Source: an uncultured bacterium
GTDB taxonomy: Bacteria > Babelota > Babeliae > Babelales > Babelaceae
Direction: 5' to 3'
Assembly (NCBI GenBank): GCA_963717435.1
Contig: OY970332.1
Span: 480,001 to 544,000 of the forward strand
DNA length: 64,000 nucleotides
The notes beneath the pieces were generated by a model, which had not been told where the DNA came from, did no database searches, and was given only the letters and a program-made list of their open reading frames with translations. Below are positions 47,010 through 57,559 of this stretch, one piece after another. Position 1 is the stretch's first letter, and each line of letters opens with the position of its first letter. Both the position numbers and the translations under genes were made by a program.

Positions 47010-48554
47010 ATGAACAAAAGAATTTTAATTACGCTCTTAACCCTATCTGGAGCAAGGTCTGCTCTTGCGGTTCATGGTGAGGGCAACGTTTCTGGTCATA
47101 CATTTTTTTCAGTTCAAAGACCGCCGTATGCGTCTTGTAGCCCTGAAAAAGTTTCCAACTTCAGACTGTACCGCACATGTATGAAAGAAGATGGAATTCG
47201 TGGGGCACTTGAAGTTGTGTTCTTTGGATCTCGAACTCTATATCCGGGCGATATAGCTGAGTTCTTCTTGCCGTTCGGTAAAAGATCTTTAGGTGTTTTA
47301 GAGTATAAGCCAGGTGTTTCAACGGGTGATAATATTCCAGGCAAAGATGTTGAAGCACGAAATTTTAACATAAAAACAGATAGCTCTTCAACAACATTTG
47401 GAAGTACACTAAATTTTTGTCCTAGACAAACTCTTTTTGGAGTAGGTTTTACATATAAACAGGCAATAACTATAAAGCATCATTGTGACGATGGTGACAG
47501 AACAGGATTTTGGGGAGAAGTTTCTTTCCCAGTTGTCCGCGTTACAAACACAATGGGCATGGTTGAAACAGTAACGAGTAATGGTGGTGGAGTTGTTGCA
47601 GGAACGGGTCTTGATGGTGCGCCATTTGTTCCAAATATGACGGCTGCTTTTAATCAAAGTAACTGGAAATATGGAAAGATATGCGGCAACAAAAATATGA
47701 CTAAATGGGGCGTTGCTGATATCGAGTTAAAAATAGGTTATAACACAATCGAATTTGAAAAATGCCATTTAAACTCATATGGTGGAATTGTTGTTCCAAC
47801 TGGTAATAGACCGCAGGGGCATTATGTTTTTGAACCAATAGTTGGTAATAACCACCACTTTGGAATCATGTGGGGTAATAATTTGGGCTTTGAATTGATT
47901 CATCATGGTGATCATAAGCTTGAAATGGAAACCGATACAAACAGCAGATTTTTATTCTGGAACTATCAAGTGAGATCTTACGATCTTGTTAATAAAGATT
48001 GGAGCAGATATATATCTCTATACGCCAATGGAGCTGCCGCTCAAACTGCTGCAACAAATGTTGATCCTAACTCAGGAACATCGGGTATAAATATCTTTAC
48101 CGGTTGCTTTAAAGTTAGTCCAAGATTCTCATTTAATATTAACAACGCTTTTGTTTACACACACTGCAGTGGTTTTAGCGCTGAAGCGGGCTATAACTTC
48201 TACGCGCGCCAAGCTGAAGAACTTAAGTTGAAAGATACAAAATATAACACAGCGGCGCTGCAATCTGTTGTTGGTGAAGGTTTCACAAATCCAAACAGAA
48301 CAATCAACAATAACTTGGTTCCTGCGGATGTTGCCGTTTCAGGTTATCAGGCGATAGTGCTTTCCAATATTAATATCGATTCTGCTGGTCATCCTGGCGT
48401 TATCACCAATATTTTATACGGCACGGTTGCTTACGACAGAACTGTTGTTTGTTTCCCAAGCTTTGTATCCCTTGGCGGTTCCTACGAGTTTTCTTCAATT
48501 AATACATCTTTGCATAGATGGATGTTTTGGGGCAAATTTGGCTTCTCGTTCTAG
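47010..48554 (+). CDS. Putative outer-membrane beta-barrel protein
   Basis: Signal peptide (SALA), amphipathic strands, C-terminal WGKFGFSF. Confidence 0.7.
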   Translation: MNKRILITLLTLSGARSALAVHGEGNVSGHTFFSVQRPPYASCSPEKVSNFRLYRTCMKEDGIRGALEVVFFGSRTLYPGDIAEFFLPFGKRSLGVLEYKPGVSTGDNIPGKDVEARNFNIKTDSSSTTFGSTLNFCPRQTLFGVGFTYKQAITIKHHCDDGDRTGFWGEVSFPVVRVTNTMGMVETVTSNGGGVVAGTGLDGAPFVPNMTAAFNQSNWKYGKICGNKNMTKWGVADIELKIGYNTIEFEKCHLNSYGGIVVPTGNRPQGHYVFEPIVGNNHHFGIMWGNNLGFELIHHGDHKLEMETDTNSRFLFWNYQVRSYDLVNKDWSRYISLYANGAAAQTAATNVDPNSGTSGINIFTGCFKVSPRFSFNINNAFVYTHCSGFSAEAGYNFYARQAEELKLKDTKYNTAALQSVVGEGFTNPNRTINNNLVPADVAVSGYQAIVLSNINIDSAGHPGVITNILYGTVAYDRTVVCFPSFVSLGGSYEFSSINTSLHRWMFWGKFGFSF

Positions 48555-48641
48555 AGTAACCCGTGGGTAATGTTCCAGGGTATTTACACTGATGAACTTT
48601 GACCCCCAGTAAACTTTAACCCAATTTACTTGAATTTTTCA

Positions 48642-48667
48642 AAAACCCTCGCACTTGCGGGGGTTTT
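48642..48667 (+). terminator. Intrinsic terminator
   Basis: AAAACCCTCGCA-ct-TGCGGGGGTTTT downstream of the beta-barrel gene. Confidence 0.7.
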
Positions 48668-48826
48668 CTATTTCTCAGCTTAATTTATCTATTCAATATT
48701 ATTGACAATTAGAAATCAAATGCTCTACGCTTAAATTAGCGGTAATTATATAAAAACTAATTATTAATTACAAATTATGGGTTTAAAAAGCTTAAATTGT
48801 GATTCTTGTAAAAAATTGGGAGCGTT

Positions 48827-49636
48827 ATGAAAGTGTTTAATAAATATTATTTTTTAATTCTTGCGGCGTTTTGCGGTGTATTAAAAGCTGATCTGAACGA
48901 TTTTAGATCTAAGCTTTCGCAGTACCAAAAAGATGTTAATAATACAGATCTTCTTACAAGTTTGGTTGACTCATATTTAATGCTGAATATACAAGAGATT
49001 CAGCGAGCAAATCAAAGTTTGAAGCAGGCGGGATTGGATATTGTTAAATTGCGCCAAAAGAGTGAACAAGCTTTAAGTGGAAGAGCAAAAAAGCTTGAAC
49101 TTCAGGCCCAAACAAAAGATAAACAACGTAATAAGATTTCTGCAGATTTATCCAAGGCACAAGATGAAATTAAAGCTTTGGAAAAGAGACTTGAAGAAGT
49201 AAAAAACCCAAATCAGGCTAATTTTGAACTTGAGGGGGCTATACTTGATGATGATCCAGAATTAGTTAAAGAGATTTTGGAGCGTGGAGTGGATACAAAT
49301 GGAGGCGCATTGAATTGGGTTATTAGAAATAGTGGGTCAAAAAATTCAATTGAAATTATTAACCTATTGTTGAAATATAATGCTAACCCAAACTTTAGAT
49401 TTTATGAACTTAGTCCTATTGAAGAAGCTCAAAAACTGCTTTCTGATGAAATTTATGAAAAACAGGGCAAAATAGCTTGGTTAAAATGGAAAGTAATAGG
49501 CTTGGGTGCGGATGAAAAAGATCCGGAAATAAATAGGCTTATGGAAATTGTAGATTTACTTGGAAAAAATGTACCGAGTGAAGAAGAAATTGCTAGAGGC
49601 AGTAAAAAACAAGTCGGACCTGAATATGGCCTTTAA
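48827..49636 (+). CDS. Exported protein: shared N-terminal helical module plus ankyrin-like C-terminus
   Basis: Signal peptide (VLKA); ELVKEILERGVD, EIINLLLKYNANPN. Confidence 0.75.
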   Translation: MKVFNKYYFLILAAFCGVLKADLNDFRSKLSQYQKDVNNTDLLTSLVDSYLMLNIQEIQRANQSLKQAGLDIVKLRQKSEQALSGRAKKLELQAQTKDKQRNKISADLSKAQDEIKALEKRLEEVKNPNQANFELEGAILDDDPELVKEILERGVDTNGGALNWVIRNSGSKNSIEIINLLLKYNANPNFRFYELSPIEEAQKLLSDEIYEKQGKIAWLKWKVIGLGADEKDPEINRLMEIVDLLGKNVPSEEEIARGSKKQVGPEYGL

Positions 49637-49661
49637 AAAGTTATAAAAAATTGGGGTGACT

Positions 49662-50645
49662 ATGAAAGTGTTTAAGAAATATTATTTTTTAATTCTGGCG
49701 GTTTTTTGTGGTGTATTAAAAGCTGATCTGAATGATTTTAGATCTAAACTTTCACAATACCAAAAAGATGTTAATAATACAGATCTTCTTGCAAGTTTGG
49801 TTGACTCGTATTTAATGCTGAATATACAAGAGATTCAGCGGGCAAATCAAAGTTTAAAACAGGCGGGATTGGATATTGTTAAATTGCGCCAAAAGAGTGA
49901 AGAAGTCTTAAGTGGAAGAGTGAAAAAGCTTGAACTTCAGGCACAAACAAAAGATAAACAACGTAATAAGATTGCTGCAGATTTATCTAAGGCACAAGAT
50001 GAAATTAAAGCTTTAGAGAAAAAACTTGAGGCAGGTAAAGTTTCCACAAGGGAGGCTAACCTGCAACTTGAAATTATTAACAGACAGCTTGATAATATTC
50101 AGACACAAAATGCGAAATTACAGGGTTATTTACATAATTATTCACAGGCTATCGAATCGATATTACCTAAAAATACTTTAATTGGCTCAGAGGACAACTT
50201 TGGCGGTAAAAGATTTTTAATTATCGGCCAAAATGGCTTGCTTGAAAAGCTTAAAAATATATCTTCAGAGTTGGCTGGCCTGACATCAGAATCACCTGAT
50301 TTTGAAAATAAACAAAAAGAATATAATAAAATTATCGCTGATTTTAAAGATTCTTTAAGTGAATGTAACGTTAATAAAGAGACCATAAAAGAAGAAGTTG
50401 AAGAATTAAGACAAAAAAATGATAATTTGAACAAGACTAAAACTGATCTTGAAACTTTAGTTAAGAATCTTGAAGAGCAGTTAAAATTGTCACAAAATGC
50501 TACAGAAAAGCTTGAATTGATAAAGAAATTTCAAGACGCTAGCGCAGAGATAAATAAATTAACTAAAGAAAAAGAATATTTGATCTTACGCGTACGCGAA
50601 CTCACTTCTGAGATATCTAGACTTTACGAATCCAAATCTGCTTAA
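49662..50645 (+). CDS. Exported protein: shared N-terminal helical module plus coiled-coil C-terminus
   Basis: First ~122 aa nearly identical to the previous gene; remainder is heptad-rich. Confidence 0.75.
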   Translation: MKVFKKYYFLILAVFCGVLKADLNDFRSKLSQYQKDVNNTDLLASLVDSYLMLNIQEIQRANQSLKQAGLDIVKLRQKSEEVLSGRVKKLELQAQTKDKQRNKIAADLSKAQDEIKALEKKLEAGKVSTREANLQLEIINRQLDNIQTQNAKLQGYLHNYSQAIESILPKNTLIGSEDNFGGKRFLIIGQNGLLEKLKNISSELAGLTSESPDFENKQKEYNKIIADFKDSLSECNVNKETIKEEVEELRQKNDNLNKTKTDLETLVKNLEEQLKLSQNATEKLELIKKFQDASAEINKLTKEKEYLILRVRELTSEISRLYESKSA

Positions 50646-50848
50646 TATTATTTATCTTGTTATTTATCTTGCACAAGTTTTTCCCGTGTAATACTCTTTC
50701 TGCGTTAACTTTTCCAGTAAAATTATAACGCAAAATAAAATTTGAGTATTGTATGGTATTTGATTTACAAACAAAAAGAGAAGCAAGAATAATATTTTTA
50801 ATATTTTCGATATTTTATAACACAGTTAATTTAGTTGGTCAGGGTAAC

Positions 50849-51859
50849 ATGGAAAAACAACAAGATAATCAAAACAGCAAACAAACTATATTAATCACAG
50901 GCGGAGCGGGGTATATAGGCTCTGCGGTTGCCTATTATATGGCACAAGCCGGTCATAAAGTTATAATTATCGATAAATTAGTACATGGTCAAAAATTTGA
51001 TCATAAATGGGCTGAGTTAATAGTATCAGATTTTTCAGATGAACAAGTTCTTGCAGATATTTTAACTAAAAACAAAATCGACGCAGTTGTGCACTGCGCA
51101 GCATCTATAGAAGTTGGAATCTCCGTAAAATCCCCCAAAGATTTTTATGAAAATAACGTTGTTAAAACGTTAAAATTATTAAACACTCTTGTTAAATATA
51201 ATATTAAAAAAGTGATATTTTCTTCAACTTGCGCGGTTTATGGGTTACCAAAATATCTTCCATTAACAGAAGATCATCCCAAAGAACCCATAAGCGCATA
51301 TGGCAATACAAAACTTACTATGGAATTTATTTTAAATGATTACCAAATTGCTTATGGCCTGTCCTATGTCGCGCTTAGATATTTTAATGCAGCAGGCGCG
51401 ATTGTTGATCAAAATCTGGGGGAAATACATGAACCCGAAACCCATCTTATCCCGATAATTATAGATTCTGTTTTTAAAAATAAAGTCTTTAAAGTATTTG
51501 GTTCTGATTATAAAACGCAGGACGGAACAAATATTCGGGATTATTTACACATAAAAGACATAGCAACTGCACATATAAAGGCTTTAAACTTGCTTGATAA
51601 TGGAGTTAGGTGTGCCCAAGTAAATCTTGGCACAGGACACGGATATTCTGTAAACGAAGTTGTTGAAGCGGTGCAAAAAGAGCTTAATCTGCCGGTAAAT
51701 ACGCAATATTCTCAAAGACGTCCGGGCGATCCTGATATTTTGGTCGCTGATCCGTCTAAAGCAAAAGAGATTCTTGATTGGCGCCCTGAGCATTCTAGCT
51801 TGCATGAAATTGTCAAAGATGCCTGCCAGTTCTACAAAAATAATCATCTTAAATCTTGA
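50849..51859 (+). CDS. galE: UDP-glucose 4-epimerase
   Basis: TGGAGYIGS, SSTCAVYG, YGNTK, LRYFNAAGA, PETHLIP, RDYLH, RRPGDP. Confidence 0.96.
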   Translation: MEKQQDNQNSKQTILITGGAGYIGSAVAYYMAQAGHKVIIIDKLVHGQKFDHKWAELIVSDFSDEQVLADILTKNKIDAVVHCAASIEVGISVKSPKDFYENNVVKTLKLLNTLVKYNIKKVIFSSTCAVYGLPKYLPLTEDHPKEPISAYGNTKLTMEFILNDYQIAYGLSYVALRYFNAAGAIVDQNLGEIHEPETHLIPIIIDSVFKNKVFKVFGSDYKTQDGTNIRDYLHIKDIATAHIKALNLLDNGVRCAQVNLGTGHGYSVNEVVEAVQKELNLPVNTQYSQRRPGDPDILVADPSKAKEILDWRPEHSSLHEIVKDACQFYKNNHLKS

Positions 51860-51920
51860 TTCCCAAATTACGGTTTTATTACAATAAAACTGTAATTTAT
51901 TATTTTTTTTAGGGGGATCT

Positions 51921-52172
51921 ATGAATAAAAATTTTTATTTTCTGTCGTTAATTTCGCTTGTCTTTTTATGTTGTCTTGCAACAGTTTTGGATACTGGAAA
52001 CGAACAAAAACGACAGGACTATATTTCGCAGATTGAAGCGATAGATATAGAACTTCGTGAGCTGAGAGCTAAGCGCCCAGAGGCAGGTGATGCGATAATA
52101 GACGGAAAAATTAGAACAAGGCTGCAAGAAAGAAGTATTATCGCAAATAATCTCGAAAATCTGCCAAAATAA
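51921..52172 (+). CDS. Small exported hypothetical protein
   Basis: 83 aa; GGGGA ribosome-binding site, signal peptide, two amphipathic helices. Confidence 0.6.
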   Translation: MNKNFYFLSLISLVFLCCLATVLDTGNEQKRQDYISQIEAIDIELRELRAKRPEAGDAIIDGKIRTRLQERSIIANNLENLPK

Positions 52173-52187
52173 CTAATTTTATTTATC

Positions 52188-54754
52188 TTATTTTCCGTGG
52201 CACTTTTTGAATTTTTTACCTGAACCACAAGGACAGTCATCATTGCGTCCAACTTTTGGTCCCTGTGCCTGCTGTTCGGTTTTGTTTTCACCGGGCAGCT
52301 CTGTGCCTATCATGTTTAATTGATCAAGCTCGCGCTCTCTTCTTTGCTCAAGCTCGGCCTGGTTAAATCTTTCAAGATTCATATGGAAGACATGGTGCAC
52401 AATTTCACGACGTAATAGTCGCATCATATCTTCAAAGATAGCAAATGATTCTCGCTTGTATTCTATTAATGGGTTCTTTTGTCCCCAGCCGCGTAAATCC
52501 AATACCCTCTTTTAGATGATCCAGGTTAAGCATATGCTGCTTCCAAGCGGTGTCTATGGTTTCTAACATGAACCATTTTCTGCCATGTTGCAATTATGCT
52601 TGTTGCTCTTTATTGTTCACATAAAGCTTGAAACTTTTCTAACAAGAAGTTAATAATGTCTGGCACTAACAATCATGATTTCAGAATTTTCGAATTATTA
52701 GCGTTTTTAAAAAGTCTTGCGAACGAAAGACCTGTTAATCCCATCATATCATGTAAATATATCTTTAACTACTTCTGCAGGAAGGGGATCTTTTCCATTT
52801 ACGCCTTGTTACGCGAATAAGATTTAATGGGTCTTGAACACCGTCCCTAATCATATCGCGAATAAGAGTCGTAATAGCTTTTGTTCACCTTCTAAGAATA
52901 GACCGACTATAATAAATAAATAACTTTTCGTTGTTGATTAAGAACGTCATCATATTCAAGCAAGTGTTAGCGTATTTCAAAGTTTTTTTTTTCAACTTTT
53001 TCTTGGGACGTTCAATTTTTGGAAATAAAAGACGATTCTATTATTTCATCTTCTTTCATACCAAAACATTCCATATATTTTTTAATGTATCACCAGCAAA
53101 AATTCTGATCAGATCATCTTCAAGTGAAATATAAAATCTGGATTCACCCGGATCACCCTGACGACCAGAACGTCCTCTAAGCTGGTTATCGATACGTGCG
53201 GCTCTCATGTCGTTCAGTTCCCAAAATATATAATCCGCCGGCTTGACCTGATTCTGGTGTAATTTAATATCAGTCCCACGACCTGCCATATTGGTTGCAA
53301 TAGTAACTCTGTCCTGCAACCCCAGCATTGGCCACAATTTCTGCTTCCCTTGCGTGTTTTTTGCGTTCAACACTTCATGTGGAATCCCATTTGCGGTTAA
53401 AACGTGACTTAACAGTTCAGATGTTTCAATGGCAATGGTACCAATCAATACTGGTTGTCCCTTTTTTATGCGTTCTTTAATATCTTCAACAATCGCCTTG
53501 TATTTCGCATTTTTTGACAAAAAATTAAGATCTGGTTTATCAAACTGGATCATAGGTTGATTAGTAGGAATATGAACAACATCAAGCTTATAGATTTTAT
53601 AAAACTCTTCAGCTTCGGTTACGGCAGTACCTGTCATACCAGCAAGTTTACTATAAAGTCTAAAATAGTTTTGCAAAGTAATCGAAGCTAAAGTTTGGCT
53701 TTCTCTTTCGATCTTAACTTTTTCTTTAGCCTCAATAGCCTGGTGCAACCCGTCGCTATATCGTCTGCCCGGTAAAATACTTCCGGTAAATTCATCGACA
53801 ATTAAATACTTCACCATCATTAACCACATATTCAACATCTCTTTTAAATAAAGTGTGTGCATTTAGTGCCTGATTAACATGGTGCAAGAGTTTAATTTGT
53901 TCAACTGCATATAGGTTATCGATGTTAAATGCACTCTTCTATTTTATCGTTTCCAGCTTCAGTTAATAATACGCTGCGCATTTTTTCATCGACTTCATAA
54001 TCAGTAGCTTTGTTTAGCCTTGATATAACTTTATCAGCGTCAACATACAAGTTGCTGCTTTCATCAGAAGAACCAGAAATGATTAACGGTGTTCTTGCTT
54101 CATCTATTAAGTATCGAGTCAACTTCATCGACAATTGCATAATTTAGTTCACGCTGGACATAATCTTCCAGTCTGAATTTCATATTATCTCGTAAGATAA
54201 TCGAATCCAAGTTCGTTATTTGTGGCGTATATAATATCAGAATTGTAAGCTCTTTTGCGTTCAGTGTCGTTTAGAGAGTTTTGTATTACCCCGACAGATA
54301 ATCCCAATAAATTATAAATTTTGCCCATCCATTCAGCATCTCGACGCGCCAAATAATCGTTAACTGTAACCAAGTGTGCGCCTTTGCCCGAAAGAGCGTT
54401 AAGATATAGGGGCAAAGTTGCTGTTAAAGTCTTACCTTCACCAGTTTTCATTTCTGAAATTTTACCCTGATGCAAAACTATTCCGCCCACAAGCTGCACA
54501 TCAAAATGGCGCTGGCCAAGCTTTCTTTTTCCTGCTTCTCTTGCTAGAGCAAAAGCTTCGGGCAAAATACTATCTAACGACTCGCCCTGAGCTATTCTTT
54601 GACGGAATTCGTTAGTTTTTATAGCCATATCTTCGTCTTTTAGGGCCTGCATTTGCGGCTCTAAAGAGTTAATTTTGTCGACTATTGGTTGTAATCTTTT
54701 AACTTCTCGATGACTACTTGTCCCCATTAATTTTGCAAGCAATTGTGATATCAT
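52188..54754 (-). pseudogene. secA: Preprotein translocase SecA, broken by many frameshifts (probably sequence error)
   Basis: Colinear fragments: [72 protein letters not shown] motif [19 protein letters not shown]. Confidence 0.9.
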
Positions 54755-54905
54755 TTTTAAACCCTTAAATCTTTATCTCTGCCATTTTTTATTATTTTTA
54801 GTTTTTATGAACTTATTATTTTCTAGCATACAAAGTAAAGTGTACCATAAAAATCAATTCTTTTCCCGTCCTAAAAATTATTTATAGGGCAGGTTCTCAG
54901 GGGGC

Positions 54906-55631
54906 CTACTTTTTTATAGCAACTAGGCTTATCTGTCTTCTTGAATTTTTATGGTTTCTATGGGAACAAAATCTGGGGTTGCAAATAGTACAAATACTAT
55001 TCTCTAAGTTTATATTTTGCTGTTTTACCCCAAGCTTTATAAGCTTTATTTGCGCCAATTCTGGCAGGTCAAAATATATTTTATTATCTCTGTTAATTAA
55101 ATTATTTTTATATTTTTCTGGTAAATTACTCACAAAGTCCTGTTGAACCTCGTAGCAACAGGCTTTTGCGCACGGGCCAAGATAAGCTTTTAGCTGTTCA
55201 GGCTTTGAGCCAAAATTTTTAATTAAACTGTTAACACAACTCTCTATTATTCCATTAACTGCCCCGCGCCAGCCTGCATGAATTATGGCGATTAAGTTAT
55301 TATCAACAATAATTATTGGCAGGCAGTCCGCAGTTAATATGCCAATCCCAGTATTTTTTAAATCGGTAATTAAATAATCACTTTCAACTTGCCAAGATTT
55401 TGGCAAATTATCTTTGTTATAAATATAATCTGGACCAGCTAATATCTTGTTAGTTAATATTATCTCTTTTATACCATGGACCTGTTTGGGGAAAATAATA
55501 TTGTTCAGTTTAAAATTTATCTTATTTGATTCTATAAAATCTAAATACTCTTGTTTTTCCGGGCTTTTATAGCAATCATTATCTATGCTGTTTTTTGAAT
55601 CCCCAAAGTATATTAAAATATCTTGTTTCAT
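54906..55631 (-). CDS. pgeF: Peptidoglycan editing factor PgeF / YfiH family
   Basis: KQVHG, LTADCLPI, IHAGWRG, GPCAKACCYEV, CTIC...FCSHR. Confidence 0.93.
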   Translation of the reverse strand: MKQDILIYFGDSKNSIDNDCYKSPEKQEYLDFIESNKINFKLNNIIFPKQVHGIKEIILTNKILAGPDYIYNKDNLPKSWQVESDYLITDLKNTGIGILTADCLPIIIVDNNLIAIIHAGWRGAVNGIIESCVNSLIKNFGSKPEQLKAYLGPCAKACCYEVQQDFVSNLPEKYKNNLINRDNKIYFDLPELAQIKLIKLGVKQQNINLENSICTICNPRFCSHRNHKNSRRQISLVAIKK

Positions 55632-55663
55632 AATTTATTTTTGAAAATTTTAGAATTTAAATA

Positions 55664-56455
55664 TTACTTATTAATATACTCTCTTTTAAAGAACATACTA
55701 TCTTGTTGTTTCTTTATTTTTGTCTCAAATAAGTTATCTAATTGATCTAATATTTTAGCTATAACTTTTATTTGTTCGATATTAAGAAGCCCCTTAACAG
55801 CATCAAGAAACTCATCTCCCTGAGTGCTTACTTCTTCCCTGAGTAGCTCTAAAAAATCTAGATTTTGTTCTACTTTGTCCATAAGAACATCAGCCCAACA
55901 GATGTCAATTAATGGCGCATTTATAAGCAGTTCTGCCAAACTCTTAGCAACTTTATTTAAAAAATATTCTGGATTTAATCTGTACCAATAGTCTTTATTA
56001 TATTCACTTGTTGGTGGCATATAAGTTAAAATTTGGGAAAAAATTTGATATGGCACTTTATTTTTAACTGTAAATCCAATTTCCCCATCACTTTCAATAT
56101 CGGCACGAACCAAAGTCTTAACGGCCGCGTCCAAAAAATCTGCAAGACAAAGATTTGTTCTATCCAACTCATCAATGCAATAATTGGCTTTAAGTAAATA
56201 TTCTAAAATTAGCATATTTTCGCCATCAATTTCTTTTAGATCAACTATGTAATTTAACAAGTTTAATTGGGCTGTTCTGCCAACATACCCATTTTTTGCC
56301 AGATAATTTCGATAATACATAATCTGTTTTTTAGTCTCAATTTTTTGTTTTGATTTTATTGTACTGTTTGCGTCAACCGCTTTTCTTGCGGTTTTTCCGG
56401 GCGCTTGTATTGCATTAAAAAAAATTAATATAGATAAGAAAATTTCTTTAAGCAT
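55664..56455 (-). CDS. Exported hypothetical protein, tandem family member 1
   Basis: Signal peptide; YRNYLAKNG, KANYCI and QILTYMP align by eye with the two neighbours. Confidence 0.7.
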   Translation of the reverse strand: MLKEIFLSILIFFNAIQAPGKTARKAVDANSTIKSKQKIETKKQIMYYRNYLAKNGYVGRTAQLNLLNYIVDLKEIDGENMLILEYLLKANYCIDELDRTNLCLADFLDAAVKTLVRADIESDGEIGFTVKNKVPYQIFSQILTYMPPTSEYNKDYWYRLNPEYFLNKVAKSLAELLINAPLIDICWADVLMDKVEQNLDFLELLREEVSTQGDEFLDAVKGLLNIEQIKVIAKILDQLDNLFETKIKKQQDSMFFKREYINK

Positions 56456-56552
56456 CAAATATCCTAAATTGTTTTTTAAATTACTAAAACTAATTAGGGG
56501 TATAGTAAGAAATTTTGATCTCGATTTTCTATATTTTTTAATTAATTATTTT

Positions 56553-57461
56553 CTAATTACTTTTTAACTGCTTAATATGCTTAAAAATTAGCGCCCAGAC
56601 AATCACAGCGCCTGATTTTATCGCCTTTGCCTGTTCAAAATTTTTAGTTGTGCTTTCTAAGTCATCTTCAAGTTGCACTATTTTTTCTGCTCTCGATTTA
56701 GCTTTATCTTCTATTTCTTTATTGATTAATTCTAGCAATTTTACGCTTCCGCCAACTTTTCCAACCAGTATTTGCAATAACGTATCTTTCTCTTTTTTAC
56801 CCAAATTTTGGTTTTGCCACTCTTGCATATCAAGAATAAGATTGGCGTAACTTCCCATGCAAATATAACCGTTTTGCGTTAAAATTATTTGATCAGTTTC
56901 TTTCAAATTTCCTGTCTCTTTTAACGCTGAATAAAGCGTTGGCATGTTTGATATAATCTTATAAACAATTTCAGGGTTTGCCAGTTCTGTATTTTTTAAT
57001 GCTCGCGAAATTGTCTGAATAACTTTTAAATAATCTAATCTAAATTGGCCGGGTTTTTTTACCGAATAATTTGCAATTACCGTATATTCTGCTTTTTCAA
57101 GATAATTAAGTTCTATCGCTTCTTGTTTTGTTTGAATTTCCTGGCTATTAAGCAAAACTTCTAATGCTTTTAATCTTGATTCTTGGTTGACAACCCCAAT
57201 CTTCTTTAAAGCCTGTCTGGCCCCCAAGATTTCTTCTTTTTTGGGGATTTTATCAAAATCTGTTTCTATATATTTAATAACTTTATTTATATCAGATTCT
57301 GTGTTTTGGCCCGTATCTTGGCCCATATTCTGGTTTGAATTTTGACTCGGGTTTTGGCTTGTCCCAAATTTATTGTGAAGCCAAACAAATAGCTCCATAC
57401 AGCTTAAATTTTGAAAATTTAAAATAGTAACTATCGAAATAATTAGTAATTTGAGTTTCAT
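56553..57461 (-). CDS. Exported hypothetical protein, tandem family member 2
   Basis: Signal peptide; ARQALKKIG, IANYSV, FRLDY, EIVYKIISNMP. Confidence 0.75.
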   Translation of the reverse strand: MKLKLLIISIVTILNFQNLSCMELFVWLHNKFGTSQNPSQNSNQNMGQDTGQNTESDINKVIKYIETDFDKIPKKEEILGARQALKKIGVVNQESRLKALEVLLNSQEIQTKQEAIELNYLEKAEYTVIANYSVKKPGQFRLDYLKVIQTISRALKNTELANPEIVYKIISNMPTLYSALKETGNLKETDQIILTQNGYICMGSYANLILDMQEWQNQNLGKKEKDTLLQILVGKVGGSVKLLELINKEIEDKAKSRAEKIVQLEDDLESTTKNFEQAKAIKSGAVIVWALIFKHIKQLKSN

Positions 57462-57559
57462 CACTGCCCCTAACAGTCTGAACCCTAAGATTTAACCTAC
57501 CAGTTTCATGTTGGCATAATTGCAACTAAATATGCAATAATTCAACAAAATTTAATTTT

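Noticed and set aside
48555-48630. Imperfect long hairpin after the second beta-barrel gene
   Set aside because: Pairing is weak and interrupted; it cannot be distinguished from ordinary 3' UTR structure.
52188-54754. Programmed frameshifting or phase variation in secA
   Set aside because: Indels are too numerous and are not confined to slippery sites or long homopolymers.
57300-57365. 12-bp periodic stretch encoding SQNPSQNSNQNMGQDTGQN
   Set aside because: Short degenerate low-complexity linker; no sign of a functional repeat.
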